DNA from: an uncultured Gemmatimonadales bacterium
Lineage (GTDB): Bacteria > Gemmatimonadota > Gemmatimonadetes > Gemmatimonadales > GWC2-71-9
Assembly: GCA_963779755.1 (NCBI GenBank)
Contig: CAVZZO010000001.1
Span: forward strand, 32,001 to 96,000
Length of the DNA stretch: 64,000 nt
Direction: 5' to 3'
Shown here piece by piece: positions 26,296 through 36,279 of the stretch. The stretch's first letter is position 1, and every line of letters begins with the position of its first letter. The translations under genes and the position numbers were made by a program. Under the pieces are notes generated by a model. It did not search any database and was not told the origin of the DNA. It was given only the letters and a program-made list of their open reading frames with translations.

Positions 26296-28527
26296 CTAGC
26301 GCGGCGCCAGAAACACCAGGTCGAACCTGAGCCCCTGGCCCGGCCCCACCAGCGGGAAGCTGAAATCGAGACGCGAGAGGCCCCGGAGGAACGACAGCCC
26401 GATGCCGCCACCCACCAGGGGATCGCTCTTGAAGAGCTTCGAAGGCTGCGCCGCCTGGCCCGCATCGGCAAAGAAGACCGGGCGCACCCCCCAGCTCTTC
26501 CACGGGGTATAGTCGGCCTGTACCGCCCAGAACGCCTGGCCCGCCCGGGTGCCGTAATCAAACCCCCGGACGCTGCGGAGCCCGCCGGCGCGGAAGGCGC
26601 GCTGCGGCAGCACGGGACTGGTGGCGATACCGGCGCGGAGGCCGAGGGAAAGGCCCCGGTCGCCGCCGACGGCCTGGCGCCACTGACCCTCCACCCGGCC
26701 CATGGTGCGGCCCGCCCCCGTTAGGACATCGGTCATGAGCGTCCAACGGGCCCGCCGCAACTCGCCATCCAGACGGAGCCCGCCGCCCAGAAAATCGCCG
26801 GTGACGATGGGCGGGTTGGGCGGGAACCACCCGTCGCCACCCAGCAGATCGTTCAGGCCCGACCGGGCTTCGGCCCGGACGCTCGACTGGTGCTCGGCCA
26901 GGGCGGAGAGCGTCAGCTCCAGGCCGCGCCGCGGCGAGGTCTGATACTCCAGCGAGCCGCCCTGTGCCAGGTAGTAATCGGCGTTGTCATGGGCCACGAA
27001 GAGCGCGTTCATGGTGTTGCCCACGGCGGACCCGGCGAAGAGCGCATCCACCGGATTCCCCGGTGCCAGCCCGTGCCGCACATCCTCCACCTCGGCCAGG
27101 TCGCGGTATCCGCTCAGGATCCAGCGCCCCCCGGGCGCTTCCCGGATCGCGGAGAGCCGCCCCAGAATCCGGCTGTCGCTCAGGCCGTAGCGGAGCGTGC
27201 CGCGGAGGGTAGTGAAGTCGATGCCGGGAACCGCCCACTGATACCCCAGTCCGAAGGACAGCCCCTGCACCCGGTTGTAGCGGAAGACATCGGCCAGCCG
27301 CCGGTAGCTGAGGCCAAACCGCCGTCGACCCGTGAGCTCGTCGGGCAACGACTCCGACAGATCCGCCAACTGGGTCACCATCTCCCGGATGCCCCGATCC
27401 TCCGCCGGCGAGAGTTCCAGCGCCAGTGAATCGTCCCAGCGGCTGAAGGAAGCGAGCGAATCCTTCGGCGCGGTGTGAATCTCATAGCGGCCGCCATGCC
27501 AGCTGCCGGCCACATCCCGGGCCCCGGCGCTATCCCGGCCGGGCCGCCGGCTCCGCCGCCCACTCTGCCCACTCTGCCCACTCTGCCCACTCTGCTCACT
27601 CTGCCCACTCTGCCCACTCTGCCCACTCTGCCCACTCAGACTATCCTGCGGCAACCGGAATGCCACCGGCTTGCCGGTATTCACCCGATAGTCGTCGAAG
27701 GTGGTCATGATCCGGAAGGGCACCACGGCATTCACGACCGGCACCTGGACTTCTCCCGCCAGGACCTGGCGCCATGGCATCCAGTAGCGGCCGTCCTGCA
27801 GCGAATACTCGAGATCGGCATCGACCTGCAGAATGCGGTTGACCAGCGAGTTCATCCGGCGGGCGCTGGTCGAATCCTGGCCGTCATCCGGCACCACCCA
27901 GAGCTGCGTTCCGACATAGCGGAAGGTGAACCGGACGACCTCGGCCGTTTCGGCATCGAGCCCGATCCGGCCCGCCACCAGCGACGGCCCGACCCGCCTG
28001 GGCGTCACGGCCACCGAGTAGATCTTGACCGGCCCGTGGTCCGGATCGTACACCGTCACACTGTCGGTCAGGTCGTAGTGGTACCAGTCGGGCCCGTCGG
28101 CCGCCAGCGGGTGCAACGCCGCGCGGGTGGGGAAGTCGCTGCCGAAGATCCGGACCGAATCGCCCAGCCCCCGCGGAATGAACCAGGGGCGGTCGAACAT
28201 GCTGGAGAGGTTGAAGTCGTCCGACCGCGCCTTGGCCCGGCGGCCTTCGATCTCGACCCGGATGTCATTGGGTTCCTGCCACTGGACCCGCCCCCGCTGC
28301 TCCTCCACCGCCATGGTGGGCAGGCGGGCCCACTGCCGCTTGCCCATGGAAAAGGACAGCCGGTAGGTCAGCCGGGCCTGATAGTCATGGACCAGCGTAT
28401 CCTGGCTCCGGTGGCGCGCCATGGCGCGCTCGACCAGAGCCCGGGTCGCCGGAGTCTGAAAGGGTGGGACAGTATCGGGAGCCTGCGTGCCGAGGAGAAC
28501 CGCCAGCGTCAGGCAGAGTGGGCCCAT
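26296..28527 (-). CDS. Outer-membrane protein: N-terminal periplasmic region plus C-terminal Omp85/BamA-like barrel
   Basis: Signal peptide; RYNRVQGLSFG; GGLRSVRGFDYG (VRGF/Y-like loop motif); VFFADAG, GGGIGL, RLDFSFP. Confidence 0.72.
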   Translation of the reverse strand: MGPLCLTLAVLLGTQAPDTVPPFQTPATRALVERAMARHRSQDTLVHDYQARLTYRLSFSMGKRQWARLPTMAVEEQRGRVQWQEPNDIRVEIEGRRAKARSDDFNLSSMFDRPWFIPRGLGDSVRIFGSDFPTRAALHPLAADGPDWYHYDLTDSVTVYDPDHGPVKIYSVAVTPRRVGPSLVAGRIGLDAETAEVVRFTFRYVGTQLWVVPDDGQDSTSARRMNSLVNRILQVDADLEYSLQDGRYWMPWRQVLAGEVQVPVVNAVVPFRIMTTFDDYRVNTGKPVAFRLPQDSLSGQSGQSGQSGQSEQSGQSGQSGQSGRRSRRPGRDSAGARDVAGSWHGGRYEIHTAPKDSLASFSRWDDSLALELSPAEDRGIREMVTQLADLSESLPDELTGRRRFGLSYRRLADVFRYNRVQGLSFGLGYQWAVPGIDFTTLRGTLRYGLSDSRILGRLSAIREAPGGRWILSGYRDLAEVEDVRHGLAPGNPVDALFAGSAVGNTMNALFVAHDNADYYLAQGGSLEYQTSPRRGLELTLSALAEHQSSVRAEARSGLNDLLGGDGWFPPNPPIVTGDFLGGGLRLDGELRRARWTLMTDVLTGAGRTMGRVEGQWRQAVGGDRGLSLGLRAGIATSPVLPQRAFRAGGLRSVRGFDYGTRAGQAFWAVQADYTPWKSWGVRPVFFADAGQAAQPSKLFKSDPLVGGGIGLSFLRGLSRLDFSFPLVGPGQGLRFDLVFLAPR
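27558..27637. repeat. Intragenic 9-mer tandem repeat (GCCCACTCT)8 + partial, encoding (SGQ)n
   Basis: Direct count with one variant unit GCTCACTCT; protein reads SGQSGQSGQSGQSEQSGQSGQSGQSG. Confidence 0.96.
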
Positions 28528-28976
28528 CGGCTGCGACCGTCGCGGTGAAGGCCATAGGCCTTGAGCCGCCGCCACAGGGTGGTGCGGCTGATCCCCAGGT
28601 GCCGGGCGGTCTCCGCCAGCTTCCAGTTATTGGCGTCGAGCGTGCGGACGATGGTTTCCTTCTCCCGCTCCGCCAGCGTGGTGGGACCCGCCGTCCCCGG
28701 CAGGAACATGGCCTCGCCCAGCTCCAGCGAGCCGACCCGCAGCGGCCGGAGCCTGCCACCCATGGCGGCGAGGCGCGGCAGCAGATCGCGCGAAGGTTCG
28801 CTCAGGTCTACCGTATCGCCCAGTGCTTCCCGGGCGGGCTGATTGGCATAGATCACCCGGCCTTCCCGGTCGAAGACCAGGACACCCTCGCTGAACCCGT
28901 CCAGCAGGGACTTGGCAAGCGGCGAAAAGACCGACGGCATCGGCGTGGTACCGCTCGAACTCGAGAGGTCTGGCAT
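28509..28976 (-). CDS. PAS-like + Fis-type HTH protein lacking an AAA+ domain
   Basis: LLDGFSEGVLVFDREGRVIYANQPA (PAS start); ETARHLGISRTTLWRRLK (HTH_8); GGAGA RBS. Confidence 0.88.
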   Translation of the reverse strand: MPDLSSSSGTTPMPSVFSPLAKSLLDGFSEGVLVFDREGRVIYANQPAREALGDTVDLSEPSRDLLPRLAAMGGRLRPLRVGSLELGEAMFLPGTAGPTTLAEREKETIVRTLDANNWKLAETARHLGISRTTLWRRLKAYGLHRDGRSRWAHSA

Positions 28977-29006
28977 AGGCTCTCCTACGAATGGCCCGGC
29001 AGCGAG

Positions 29007-29056
29007 GTTTCAGGTCGAGACACGCCTAAAGTTCAGGTGCCGATCCGGTTTGTCAA
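29007..29056 (-). promoter_or_regulatory. Sigma70-type promoter with adjacent pseudo-palindromic operator
   Basis: TTGACA (29056-29051), 17-nt spacer, AACTTT (29033-29028); GTTTCA-GGT-CGAGAC at 29007-29021. Confidence 0.55.
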
Positions 29057-29158
29057 CCTAATACGTTGAAAAGTAACAGCTTATGCATCTGAAAAGCCAT
29101 GAGGGTCCCTCCCGGGCCGTCCAGATGGTCTCATATCCAGTAGGACGTCCGGACCGCC

Positions 29159-30073
29159 TCATTCCCCCACCAGGCTGGCGGCCGGCAGCTCCCGGCGCTG
29201 GCTCCGCTCCCCCATGATGACCAGCGCCAGCCCGGCGAAGATGGTGAGGCCGGCCAGCACGGCCCGCCCGGTCAGCCGTTCCCCGCTCAGGACCATGGGC
29301 GCGATCACAGCGGCCACCAGCGGCTGGAGATAGAGATAGGCAGCGACGAGGTTGGAGGAGGCCCGCTTGAGGGTCCAGATGGTCAGGAAGTATGCCAGAA
29401 TGGTGGGGCCGAGGATGATATATCCCAGCCATGCCCAGGTGGCGGGCGAGACCCGTCCCAGGGAGACACTCCCCGCGGCGTGGAGGCCCCAGGGCAACAC
29501 ACCGAGAAAGCCGCAGGTCATCACCCAGGTGATGACCGTGATGGGGTGATAGCGCTGCAGGAGGGGTTTGGAATAGACCAGGTAGGCTGCGTAGGCCACC
29601 ATGCCGATGACGATCAGGGCATTGCCCAGGGCAAGGTCGGGCGCCAGGGAGATGCGGTCAGGGCCGATCAGGTAGACGGCACCCACCGCGGCCAGCGCGA
29701 TACCGCCGAACTTGAACCCGGAGGAGGGCTCCTGCCGGGTAAGCACCGCCAGCAGCACGGCGAAGACCGGCGCCGTGGTCACCAGGATGGTAGCGTTGAT
29801 GGCCGTCGAGTGGCTCAGCCCGGTGAGATACAGCGTCTGGTTGGCGGTGATGCCCAGCAGCCCCAGAACGGCAAGCCGCAGGCGATCGCGCGGCAGCACC
29901 CGCTCCCGCGGGCCCAGCGCCCGGAGAAGCGATAACCCCAGCGTGGCGCCGCCCACCCGAAAGAGCACCACCACGGGCGGCGGCAACTCGCGGAACACCA
30001 CCTTGCCGGCGATCGACAGACTCGCCAGCAGCACCTGAACCAGGACGAGGACCACATGGACCACCAGGGACAC
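29159..30073 (-). CDS. EamA/DMT family transporter
   Basis: About 10 TM helices in two EamA repeats; YLYLQPLVAA. Confidence 0.92.
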   Translation of the reverse strand: MSLVVHVVLVLVQVLLASLSIAGKVVFRELPPPVVVLFRVGGATLGLSLLRALGPRERVLPRDRLRLAVLGLLGITANQTLYLTGLSHSTAINATILVTTAPVFAVLLAVLTRQEPSSGFKFGGIALAAVGAVYLIGPDRISLAPDLALGNALIVIGMVAYAAYLVYSKPLLQRYHPITVITWVMTCGFLGVLPWGLHAAGSVSLGRVSPATWAWLGYIILGPTILAYFLTIWTLKRASSNLVAAYLYLQPLVAAVIAPMVLSGERLTGRAVLAGLTIFAGLALVIMGERSQRRELPAASLVGE

Positions 30074-30126
30074 GCCGGCTCCGGGGCTTGGGTACAGGGC
30101 CCGACCAGTGTTAGGAATTAGAAGGC

Positions 30127-30675
30127 ATGATAACGAACGCTGAGCGCCCCACCCCCGGCGCCATGAAGAGCGCCATCCTCGCGGCCGCCCGGACCGTCCT
30201 GATCCGGGAAGGCTACGACGCCTGGACCATCGAAGCCGTGGCCCGGGAAGCCGGCTGCGCCAAGGGCCTGGTGAATTATCACTTCCGCAGCAAGACTCTG
30301 CTGCTGGCGGAAGTCGCCCGGGTGCTGCGGGAAGACCGGCAGCAGACGCGGCTCGCGCCCCTGCACCAGCGCGGCACCGAGGCGCTGGATGCGCTGTGGC
30401 TGGCGATCGACGAGGAAGTCGGCAGCGGCGTCTTTGGCGCCTGGCTGGCCCTGCTGCCCAGGCGGGAACCGGAAATCGCCGCCGCCCTGCGGCTGCCGGA
30501 GGACGAAGAAGCGGCGCTGGGCCGGGCGGCTACCACCGCGCTGGAATCTCCTCAGCCGGTTAGCGGCGCCCTGCTCGAGTCCATTCTCTCGGGCTTCCAG
30601 CTGGGGCTCTACCGGGGGCAGGAATCCGCGGTGCTACGCGAGGCGTATCACCGCTTCTGGATCAGCCTGCTCTGA
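30127..30675 (+). CDS. TetR/AcrR family transcriptional regulator
   Basis: ILAAA...GYDAWTIEAVAREAGCAKGLVNYHFRSK. Confidence 0.92.
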   Translation: MITNAERPTPGAMKSAILAAARTVLIREGYDAWTIEAVAREAGCAKGLVNYHFRSKTLLLAEVARVLREDRQQTRLAPLHQRGTEALDALWLAIDEEVGSGVFGAWLALLPRREPEIAAALRLPEDEEAALGRAATTALESPQPVSGALLESILSGFQLGLYRGQESAVLREAYHRFWISLL

Positions 30676-30681
30676 GCAAAG

Positions 30682-33249
30682 TCAGTCGCGGCGGCGGCGC
30701 GATGGCCCCTTCCGGCCGCGGCGCCGGGGGCCGCCCGAGCGCTCCGCCGGCGCCCGCCGCAGCAGCGCCTTGAGCTCGGGCAGGGTATCCGCCCGCAGCG
30801 CCGCCTTGCGGCCCCGCACCACGGTAAACCGTACCGGCCGGTCCAGCTCGGGGATGTCACGGGGCTGCATTCGCTGCGCCTGGCCTTCTTTCATGCGCAA
30901 GCGCACCACGCCGGCACCGTTCTCCACCTCATAATCCAGCGCCACGGCGTCGCCGTGCAGCCGCACCATGGAGGGCAGCTGCTGCAGCGCCTCCCGCACA
31001 TCCTCCTGGGCCAGCACCGCCGGGTCGAGCCGGAGCCGGGTGTCCAGAAAGTGCTCCCAGCTGGTGACGCCCGCCAGCTGGTCTCGCAGGAAGTCCCGCA
31101 GCGCGGGGGCGCTGAGGGCGGTAAGGCTGCCGCCGGAGCGCCGCCAGAGCTCGCCCAGCTCCTCCAGGGCGCGACGGATACGTCCCTGGTCGGGGTGGAC
31201 GGTCTCGCCGGCCATGAGCGCGTCCACCAGGGCGTCCCGCGCCTGCTCCAGGAGGTCCGGCGGAATGGCTCCCCGCAGCTCTTCCGTCTCGGTTTCGAGA
31301 TCAAATCCGAAATACGTGCGGGTCCGGCGCAGCAGCAGCACCTGATGCCGCCGCCGGGGTGAGAGCCCCACCTGCGGACGGCTCCAGGCGGCATAGCGGC
31401 CGACGAGATCATAGGGCAGGGTGGTGCCTTCGATCACGGCCCGGGGAATGCCCATGCGGTCGGCGAAGTACCGCAGCGTTCCGGCCACCGCACCCCAGCT
31501 TCCGGCCACCGAGGTCCTGGAAACCCGCGCTTCCTGGCCGTCGGCAGTGTGCTCATCGATGACCAGGTCGAAGGGCATGATGCGCGCGAGGAGATCGCGG
31601 AACCGCCGGGCCAGATCTCGGCTGGCCCACGGGAGGCGCCGCGGCAGCTCCAGATCGAGCGAGCGGTACACCGAGGCGGTCCCCAGTGCCGCGTCCTCGA
31701 TAGCCTTGACCAGCACCCCGCGCCGCTCGGCCCACTCGGCCAGCTCCTCTTCAAAGACATGCCGGGGCAGCCCGTATACCTGGCCCATGTTGCCGTGATG
31801 TTCCAGCGCCTCGCAGTAGAGGTTGTAGGCGGTCAGGTGGTCGCTGCCGCTCACGGTGACCCCGTGAAGGTCCCGCTCATCGCGGGTCATCCGGTGCAGC
31901 GAGTCGATGCTCGAGGCCACGGCAACCAGCGGCACCAGGTCGGGCTCGGCGTGCACCAGCAACTCCGCCCAGGGCCGCTCGACCGGCAAGGCTTCCACCT
32001 GCCGCCCATATGGGGTAAGCCTGCCGTTCTCCACCAGCGCCCGCGCAGTGAGGCGCTGCACCGCCCGCCGGTAGGCGATCCGGTCCAGCGGCACCGGCAG
32101 GTCGAGGTCGGCCGCATCTACGCCCATGGCCGCACAGGTGAGCGCCACCCGTTCGGCATCGCCGGCCAGCTGGAATTCGGGCGGGGTGGGCCGCAACTCC
32201 TCGAATACCATGCGCCGGTCGCTCAGGATGACCACCTCGCCGTTGGGCACCCGCCCGTGCACCCGGCCCGCCATCTGGAGAATTTCGTTGGCGCCCAGGT
32301 GCAGGCGATGCAGCACGTTGCGCCCGCGGTCTACCACGTTGCCGTAGCGCGCGTCGTAGATCACCACCGTGTCCAGTCCGCGTACGTTGAGCGCCGACTG
32401 GCCGGCGGCGGTCATAGCCAGCAGGAACGGGTGGGAAACCTCGCCCTCGAGAAAGGGCCGGATGACGCGGATCGGTTCGCCCCCGTGGTAGAACGCCGCG
32501 GTGAGCCGCGGCCACCGCTCGCCCAGCCGGAGCGCCAGCTGTTCCACCTCGGCCCGGGTGGGCACAAACACCGCTACGCCCCGCTTCTCCTTGATGACAT
32601 GGCGGATGAACCGGTCGTCCAGAAACTCGTCCGGCTTCTGGGCCGCGACCCGCACTCGGGCCCGCAGCGCCGGATCGAAAGCGCTGGTCTCCAGCACCTC
32701 GCTGCTGTCGAGATAGCGGGTATAGAAGGAGGGGTCGACCGTGGCGCTGAGCCAGATGAAGCGGCAACCCACCCGCTTCCCCAGGGCCAGGCACAGCTCC
32801 AGCTCGGCCGAGGTCTGATGGATCTCGTCCGCCACCAGCGTATCCCGGCCGGTGATGAGATCATCCTGGAACCAGCGGCGGGCGATCCCGGTGGTGACGA
32901 TTACCACGTTCCATTCCGGGGTCTCCGGCGTCGCCTCCCGTTCCCGGTTTACCACGCCGACCCGAAGCGGCGCCTGCAGGATGGCCTCGGCGATGGGACG
33001 GATGCCCAGGGTCTTGCCGGTTCCCGTGCCCGCCACGATGCCGAACCCCTTGCCCTCGGCGGCCCAGCGCCGCAGTTCCTCCCCGTGCTGCCGCTCCAGC
33101 ACGGTTTCCAGGTGGAGGTGCATCGCCAGCTCGATGGTCTCGCACGCCGCCCGGGTGGGGGCGATCACGATCACCCGCCCGTGGGGATGGCGGGCGTGGC
33201 GGTAGGCCTGGGGATCGGGCGGGAGGGCGTGATCGCGGGCGGGGCGCAT
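30682..33249 (-). CDS. DEAH-box helicase, HrpB/HrpA-like
   Basis: GTGTGKT, DEIH, SAT, VFVP, QMAGRVHGR. Confidence 0.88.
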   Translation of the reverse strand: MRPARDHALPPDPQAYRHARHPHGRVIVIAPTRAACETIELAMHLHLETVLERQHGEELRRWAAEGKGFGIVAGTGTGKTLGIRPIAEAILQAPLRVGVVNREREATPETPEWNVVIVTTGIARRWFQDDLITGRDTLVADEIHQTSAELELCLALGKRVGCRFIWLSATVDPSFYTRYLDSSEVLETSAFDPALRARVRVAAQKPDEFLDDRFIRHVIKEKRGVAVFVPTRAEVEQLALRLGERWPRLTAAFYHGGEPIRVIRPFLEGEVSHPFLLAMTAAGQSALNVRGLDTVVIYDARYGNVVDRGRNVLHRLHLGANEILQMAGRVHGRVPNGEVVILSDRRMVFEELRPTPPEFQLAGDAERVALTCAAMGVDAADLDLPVPLDRIAYRRAVQRLTARALVENGRLTPYGRQVEALPVERPWAELLVHAEPDLVPLVAVASSIDSLHRMTRDERDLHGVTVSGSDHLTAYNLYCEALEHHGNMGQVYGLPRHVFEEELAEWAERRGVLVKAIEDAALGTASVYRSLDLELPRRLPWASRDLARRFRDLLARIMPFDLVIDEHTADGQEARVSRTSVAGSWGAVAGTLRYFADRMGIPRAVIEGTTLPYDLVGRYAAWSRPQVGLSPRRRHQVLLLRRTRTYFGFDLETETEELRGAIPPDLLEQARDALVDALMAGETVHPDQGRIRRALEELGELWRRSGGSLTALSAPALRDFLRDQLAGVTSWEHFLDTRLRLDPAVLAQEDVREALQQLPSMVRLHGDAVALDYEVENGAGVVRLRMKEGQAQRMQPRDIPELDRPVRFTVVRGRKAALRADTLPELKALLRRAPAERSGGPRRRGRKGPSRRRRD

Positions 33250-33276
33250 CAATGGAACCTAAGCGAACCGAAGACA

Positions 33277-33350
33277 CAGGGGAGAAGGGACAAGGGACAG
33301 GGGACAAGGGGTGGAGTTCGTGGCTCCTGTCCCTTGTCCCCTGTCCCCTG
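33277..33350. repeat. Inverted heptamer arrays (GGGACAA/GGGACAG vs CTGTCCC/TTGTCCC) forming a hairpin
   Basis: Left arm 33277-33311, right arm 33326-33350, directly after the M16 gene stop. Confidence 0.88.
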
Positions 33351-33360
33351 CCTTCCAGTC

Positions 33361-36174
33361 CTAGGGCGTCGCTTCCGGCGCCTTCTTCTTGAAGTCACCC
33401 GCCTTCACGACCGTGAGTCGCGCCGGATCGAGGTACTTCTGCAACGCCTGCTGGATGTCCGCCGGCGTGAGCGCCTTGACCTTCCGTTCCATCGCGGCGT
33501 CCCAGGCCATGGTCCGGTCAAGGAAGAGCTGGTTGGCGAGACTGCCCGCCAGCTCGCGGTCCTGCGAACGGCTCACCTCGCGCGACTGCAGGTAGCCCTC
33601 CTTGGCCCTGGTCACCTCCTCCGGCGTGAACCCGTTCTTCACGGCCCGGGCGATCTCCTCGCGCATGGCCGTTTCCACCTTGTCCACGTTCTGCGGGGCA
33701 AAGATGGCATAGGCCTGGAAAATCCCGGTGGTGTCGATGGAGTTGGCGCCCAGTCCGGAGCCGACGCCGTAACTCAACCCTTCCTTCTGGCGAATGCGCA
33801 CCGCCAGCCGGGAATTGAGGAACCCGCCGCCCAGCATGTAGTTGCCCAGCACCAGGGCGGGATACTCCGGATTGTCGTCCCGGACGTGGAGGTTCTCGCC
33901 CACCAGCATGAAGGCGTTGGCCTTGTCGGGCGTGTCGATGCTGAGGGTCGTGGGCGGCGCGTCGTAGAACTCCGACGGCACCCGATCATACGACTTGGGG
34001 CTCTTCCAGCCCTGGAAAGCGTCGGCGACAATCTGCCGCACCGCGGTGCTGTCGAAGTCGCCCACCACGGCGATCTCGCCGGCGCCCAGGCCGTAGAAAT
34101 CCTGATAGAACTGCTTGACGTCATCCAGCCGCGCGTCGGTAATGGACTGGACCTGCTCCTCGGTGGTTTCCGCGTAGCGCGGATCGCCCTTGGGATAGTC
34201 CTGCAGATGCCGCCGGAACGCCTCGAACCCGCGGGCAACCGGCTCGCTCTTCTGGGATTCGAGCTGCGAGAGGCGCTCCTGCTTCAGCTCGTCGAATTCC
34301 TTGGCGTCGAAGGCGGGCTCCTTCAGCACCTCGGCCATGAGCCGCACGGCGGCCGGGAGATTCTCGCGCGTCGTCTCGATGGTCGCGGTGGCGCCGCTGA
34401 CGCTGCCGCTGATCAACGCGCGCGCCTTCAGGCGGTCGAACTCGTCCTTGATCTGCTGGCGGGTGTGATGCTGCGTCCCCCGCATCAACATGTCGCCGGC
34501 CAGGTCGCCCGCCGTCTCCCGGTTCATCAGGGCTGGCAGGCTGCCGAAGTGCAGCGACATCCGCAACTGCACCGAGTTGCCCCGGGTCTGCTTGGGCAGG
34601 AACGCGACCTTCAGGCCGCTCGCCAGGGTATCCCGGCGGGTGCGCCGGTCGATGTTCTGCGGAGACGGATCGAACGCCTCACCCTGGGCGAGAGTCGTAT
34701 CGCCCTTGTAGTCCTTCACCAGGGCGGCGACATCCGGCACCGGCGGGATCACCGCGCGGTCGGGCTTGGGCGTCGGGATGAACATGCCCAGCGTGCGGTT
34801 GGACGGTTTGAGGTAGGCCCGCGCCACCCGGAGCACATCGTCCGGCGTCACCTTCCGGATGCGGTCCCGGTTGATGAAGATGAGCCGCCAGTCGCCCATG
34901 GACCCCCACTCCGACAGATCCAGCCCCACCCGGTCGGAGGCGTTGAGCTCGAGGTCGACGTTCTTGAGCAGCGTTGCCTTGGCCCGGTCCACTTCCTCCG
35001 CCGTGGGCGGATTGGTCACCACGTCGTTCAGCGCCTGCTCCATGGCGACCCGGGCCGAGTCCAGCGACTGCTCCTGCCGGACCTGGGCATAGGCCAGCAG
35101 CACCCCCGGCTCCTTCAACTGGAAATCGAACGCGCCCGTCTCGGCGGCCAGTTTGGGCTCCACCAGCGCCTTGTAGAGGCGGCCTGAGGGGGCGTTCCCC
35201 AGCACCTGAGACAGCACGTCCACCGCGGCAAAGTCCGAGTCGGACCCGGCCGGCACATGGTATACCGCCATCGCGACCTGGACATCACCCACCCGGCGCA
35301 GCGTGACCGAACGCTCCCCGTCCTGGGTCGGCTCGGCGGTATAGGTGGGGTAGATCTTGTTGGCGCCGGTCCGGTCGGGACGGGGAATGGCCCCGAATTT
35401 CTTGACGATGAGCGCCAGCGTCCGGGCCGGGTCGAACTTGCCGGCCACCACCAGCTGCGCGTTATCCGGCTGGTAGTACTTGTGGTAGAAGGCCTGCAGC
35501 CGCTCGATGGGTACGTCCTCGATGTCCGAGCGGGCGCCGATGGTGGACTTGCCGTAGTTGTGCCACAGGAAGGCGGTGGAGAGGGTACGCTCCATGAGCA
35601 CGCCGAACGGGTCATTCTCGCCCGACTCGTACTCGTTCCGCACCACCGTCATTTCCGATTCGAGGTCCTTCTTGGCCACATAGCTGTGGGTCATGCGGTC
35701 GGCCTCGAGATCCAGCGCCCAGGCCAGGTTGCTGTCGGTGGCGGCGAAGGTCTCGAAGTAGTTGGTCCGGTCAAACCAGGTGCTCCCGTTGGGCCGGGCC
35801 CCATGCTCGGTCAGTTCCTGGGGGATGTCGGGATGATTCGGCGTCCCCTTGAACACCATGTGCTCCAGCAGGTGGGCCATGCCCGTCTCGCCGTATCCCT
35901 CGTTCCGGGAGCCGACGAAATAGGTGATGTTCACCGTGGCGGTCTGCTTGGACTGGTCGGGAAACAGCAGCACGATGAGCCCGTTGGGCAGCGTGTACTG
36001 GGTAATACCTTCGACGGTCGGGCCCTTGACTGCGCCGTTCTGCGACCGGGCCGCCGGGCGCGCCTTGGCAGCCGGTTGCTGGGCGGCGGCGGGCAGAGAC
36101 GCCGCCACGACCAGTGACAGAACCAGCGCCGCGCGAACGCGGAATGAGCCGGACGTCCCTCTGAATATGGACAT
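33361..36174 (-). CDS. Secreted M16 (pitrilysin/PqqL-like) zinc protease
   Basis: Inverted zinc motif HLLEH, NGSTWFDRTNY, VVRNE, IRQKEGLSYG; AGGAG RBS before MSIFRG. Confidence 0.95.
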   Translation of the reverse strand: MSIFRGTSGSFRVRAALVLSLVVAASLPAAAQQPAAKARPAARSQNGAVKGPTVEGITQYTLPNGLIVLLFPDQSKQTATVNITYFVGSRNEGYGETGMAHLLEHMVFKGTPNHPDIPQELTEHGARPNGSTWFDRTNYFETFAATDSNLAWALDLEADRMTHSYVAKKDLESEMTVVRNEYESGENDPFGVLMERTLSTAFLWHNYGKSTIGARSDIEDVPIERLQAFYHKYYQPDNAQLVVAGKFDPARTLALIVKKFGAIPRPDRTGANKIYPTYTAEPTQDGERSVTLRRVGDVQVAMAVYHVPAGSDSDFAAVDVLSQVLGNAPSGRLYKALVEPKLAAETGAFDFQLKEPGVLLAYAQVRQEQSLDSARVAMEQALNDVVTNPPTAEEVDRAKATLLKNVDLELNASDRVGLDLSEWGSMGDWRLIFINRDRIRKVTPDDVLRVARAYLKPSNRTLGMFIPTPKPDRAVIPPVPDVAALVKDYKGDTTLAQGEAFDPSPQNIDRRTRRDTLASGLKVAFLPKQTRGNSVQLRMSLHFGSLPALMNRETAGDLAGDMLMRGTQHHTRQQIKDEFDRLKARALISGSVSGATATIETTRENLPAAVRLMAEVLKEPAFDAKEFDELKQERLSQLESQKSEPVARGFEAFRRHLQDYPKGDPRYAETTEEQVQSITDARLDDVKQFYQDFYGLGAGEIAVVGDFDSTAVRQIVADAFQGWKSPKSYDRVPSEFYDAPPTTLSIDTPDKANAFMLVGENLHVRDDNPEYPALVLGNYMLGGGFLNSRLAVRIRQKEGLSYGVGSGLGANSIDTTGIFQAYAIFAPQNVDKVETAMREEIARAVKNGFTPEEVTRAKEGYLQSREVSRSQDRELAGSLANQLFLDRTMAWDAAMERKVKALTPADIQQALQKYLDPARLTVVKAGDFKKKAPEATP

Positions 36175-36248
36175 AGGTGCTCCTGGTGAGGCTCGTAACC
36201 TGTTACGGAATACAGTCAAGAAAGGGTCCCGGACCGGATGCCGCAAGC

Positions 36249-36279
36249 ACAAACAAATAGCCCCGCTTGCGCGGGGCTA
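36249..36279 (-). terminator. Intrinsic terminator
   Basis: TAGCCCCGC-GCAA-GCGGGGCTA followed by TTTGTTTGT on the minus strand. Confidence 0.8.

Noticed and set aside
31549..35187. 1212-aa + strand ORF
   Set aside because: Antisense shadow spanning the helicase and M16 protease genes, which have clear motifs on the minus strand.
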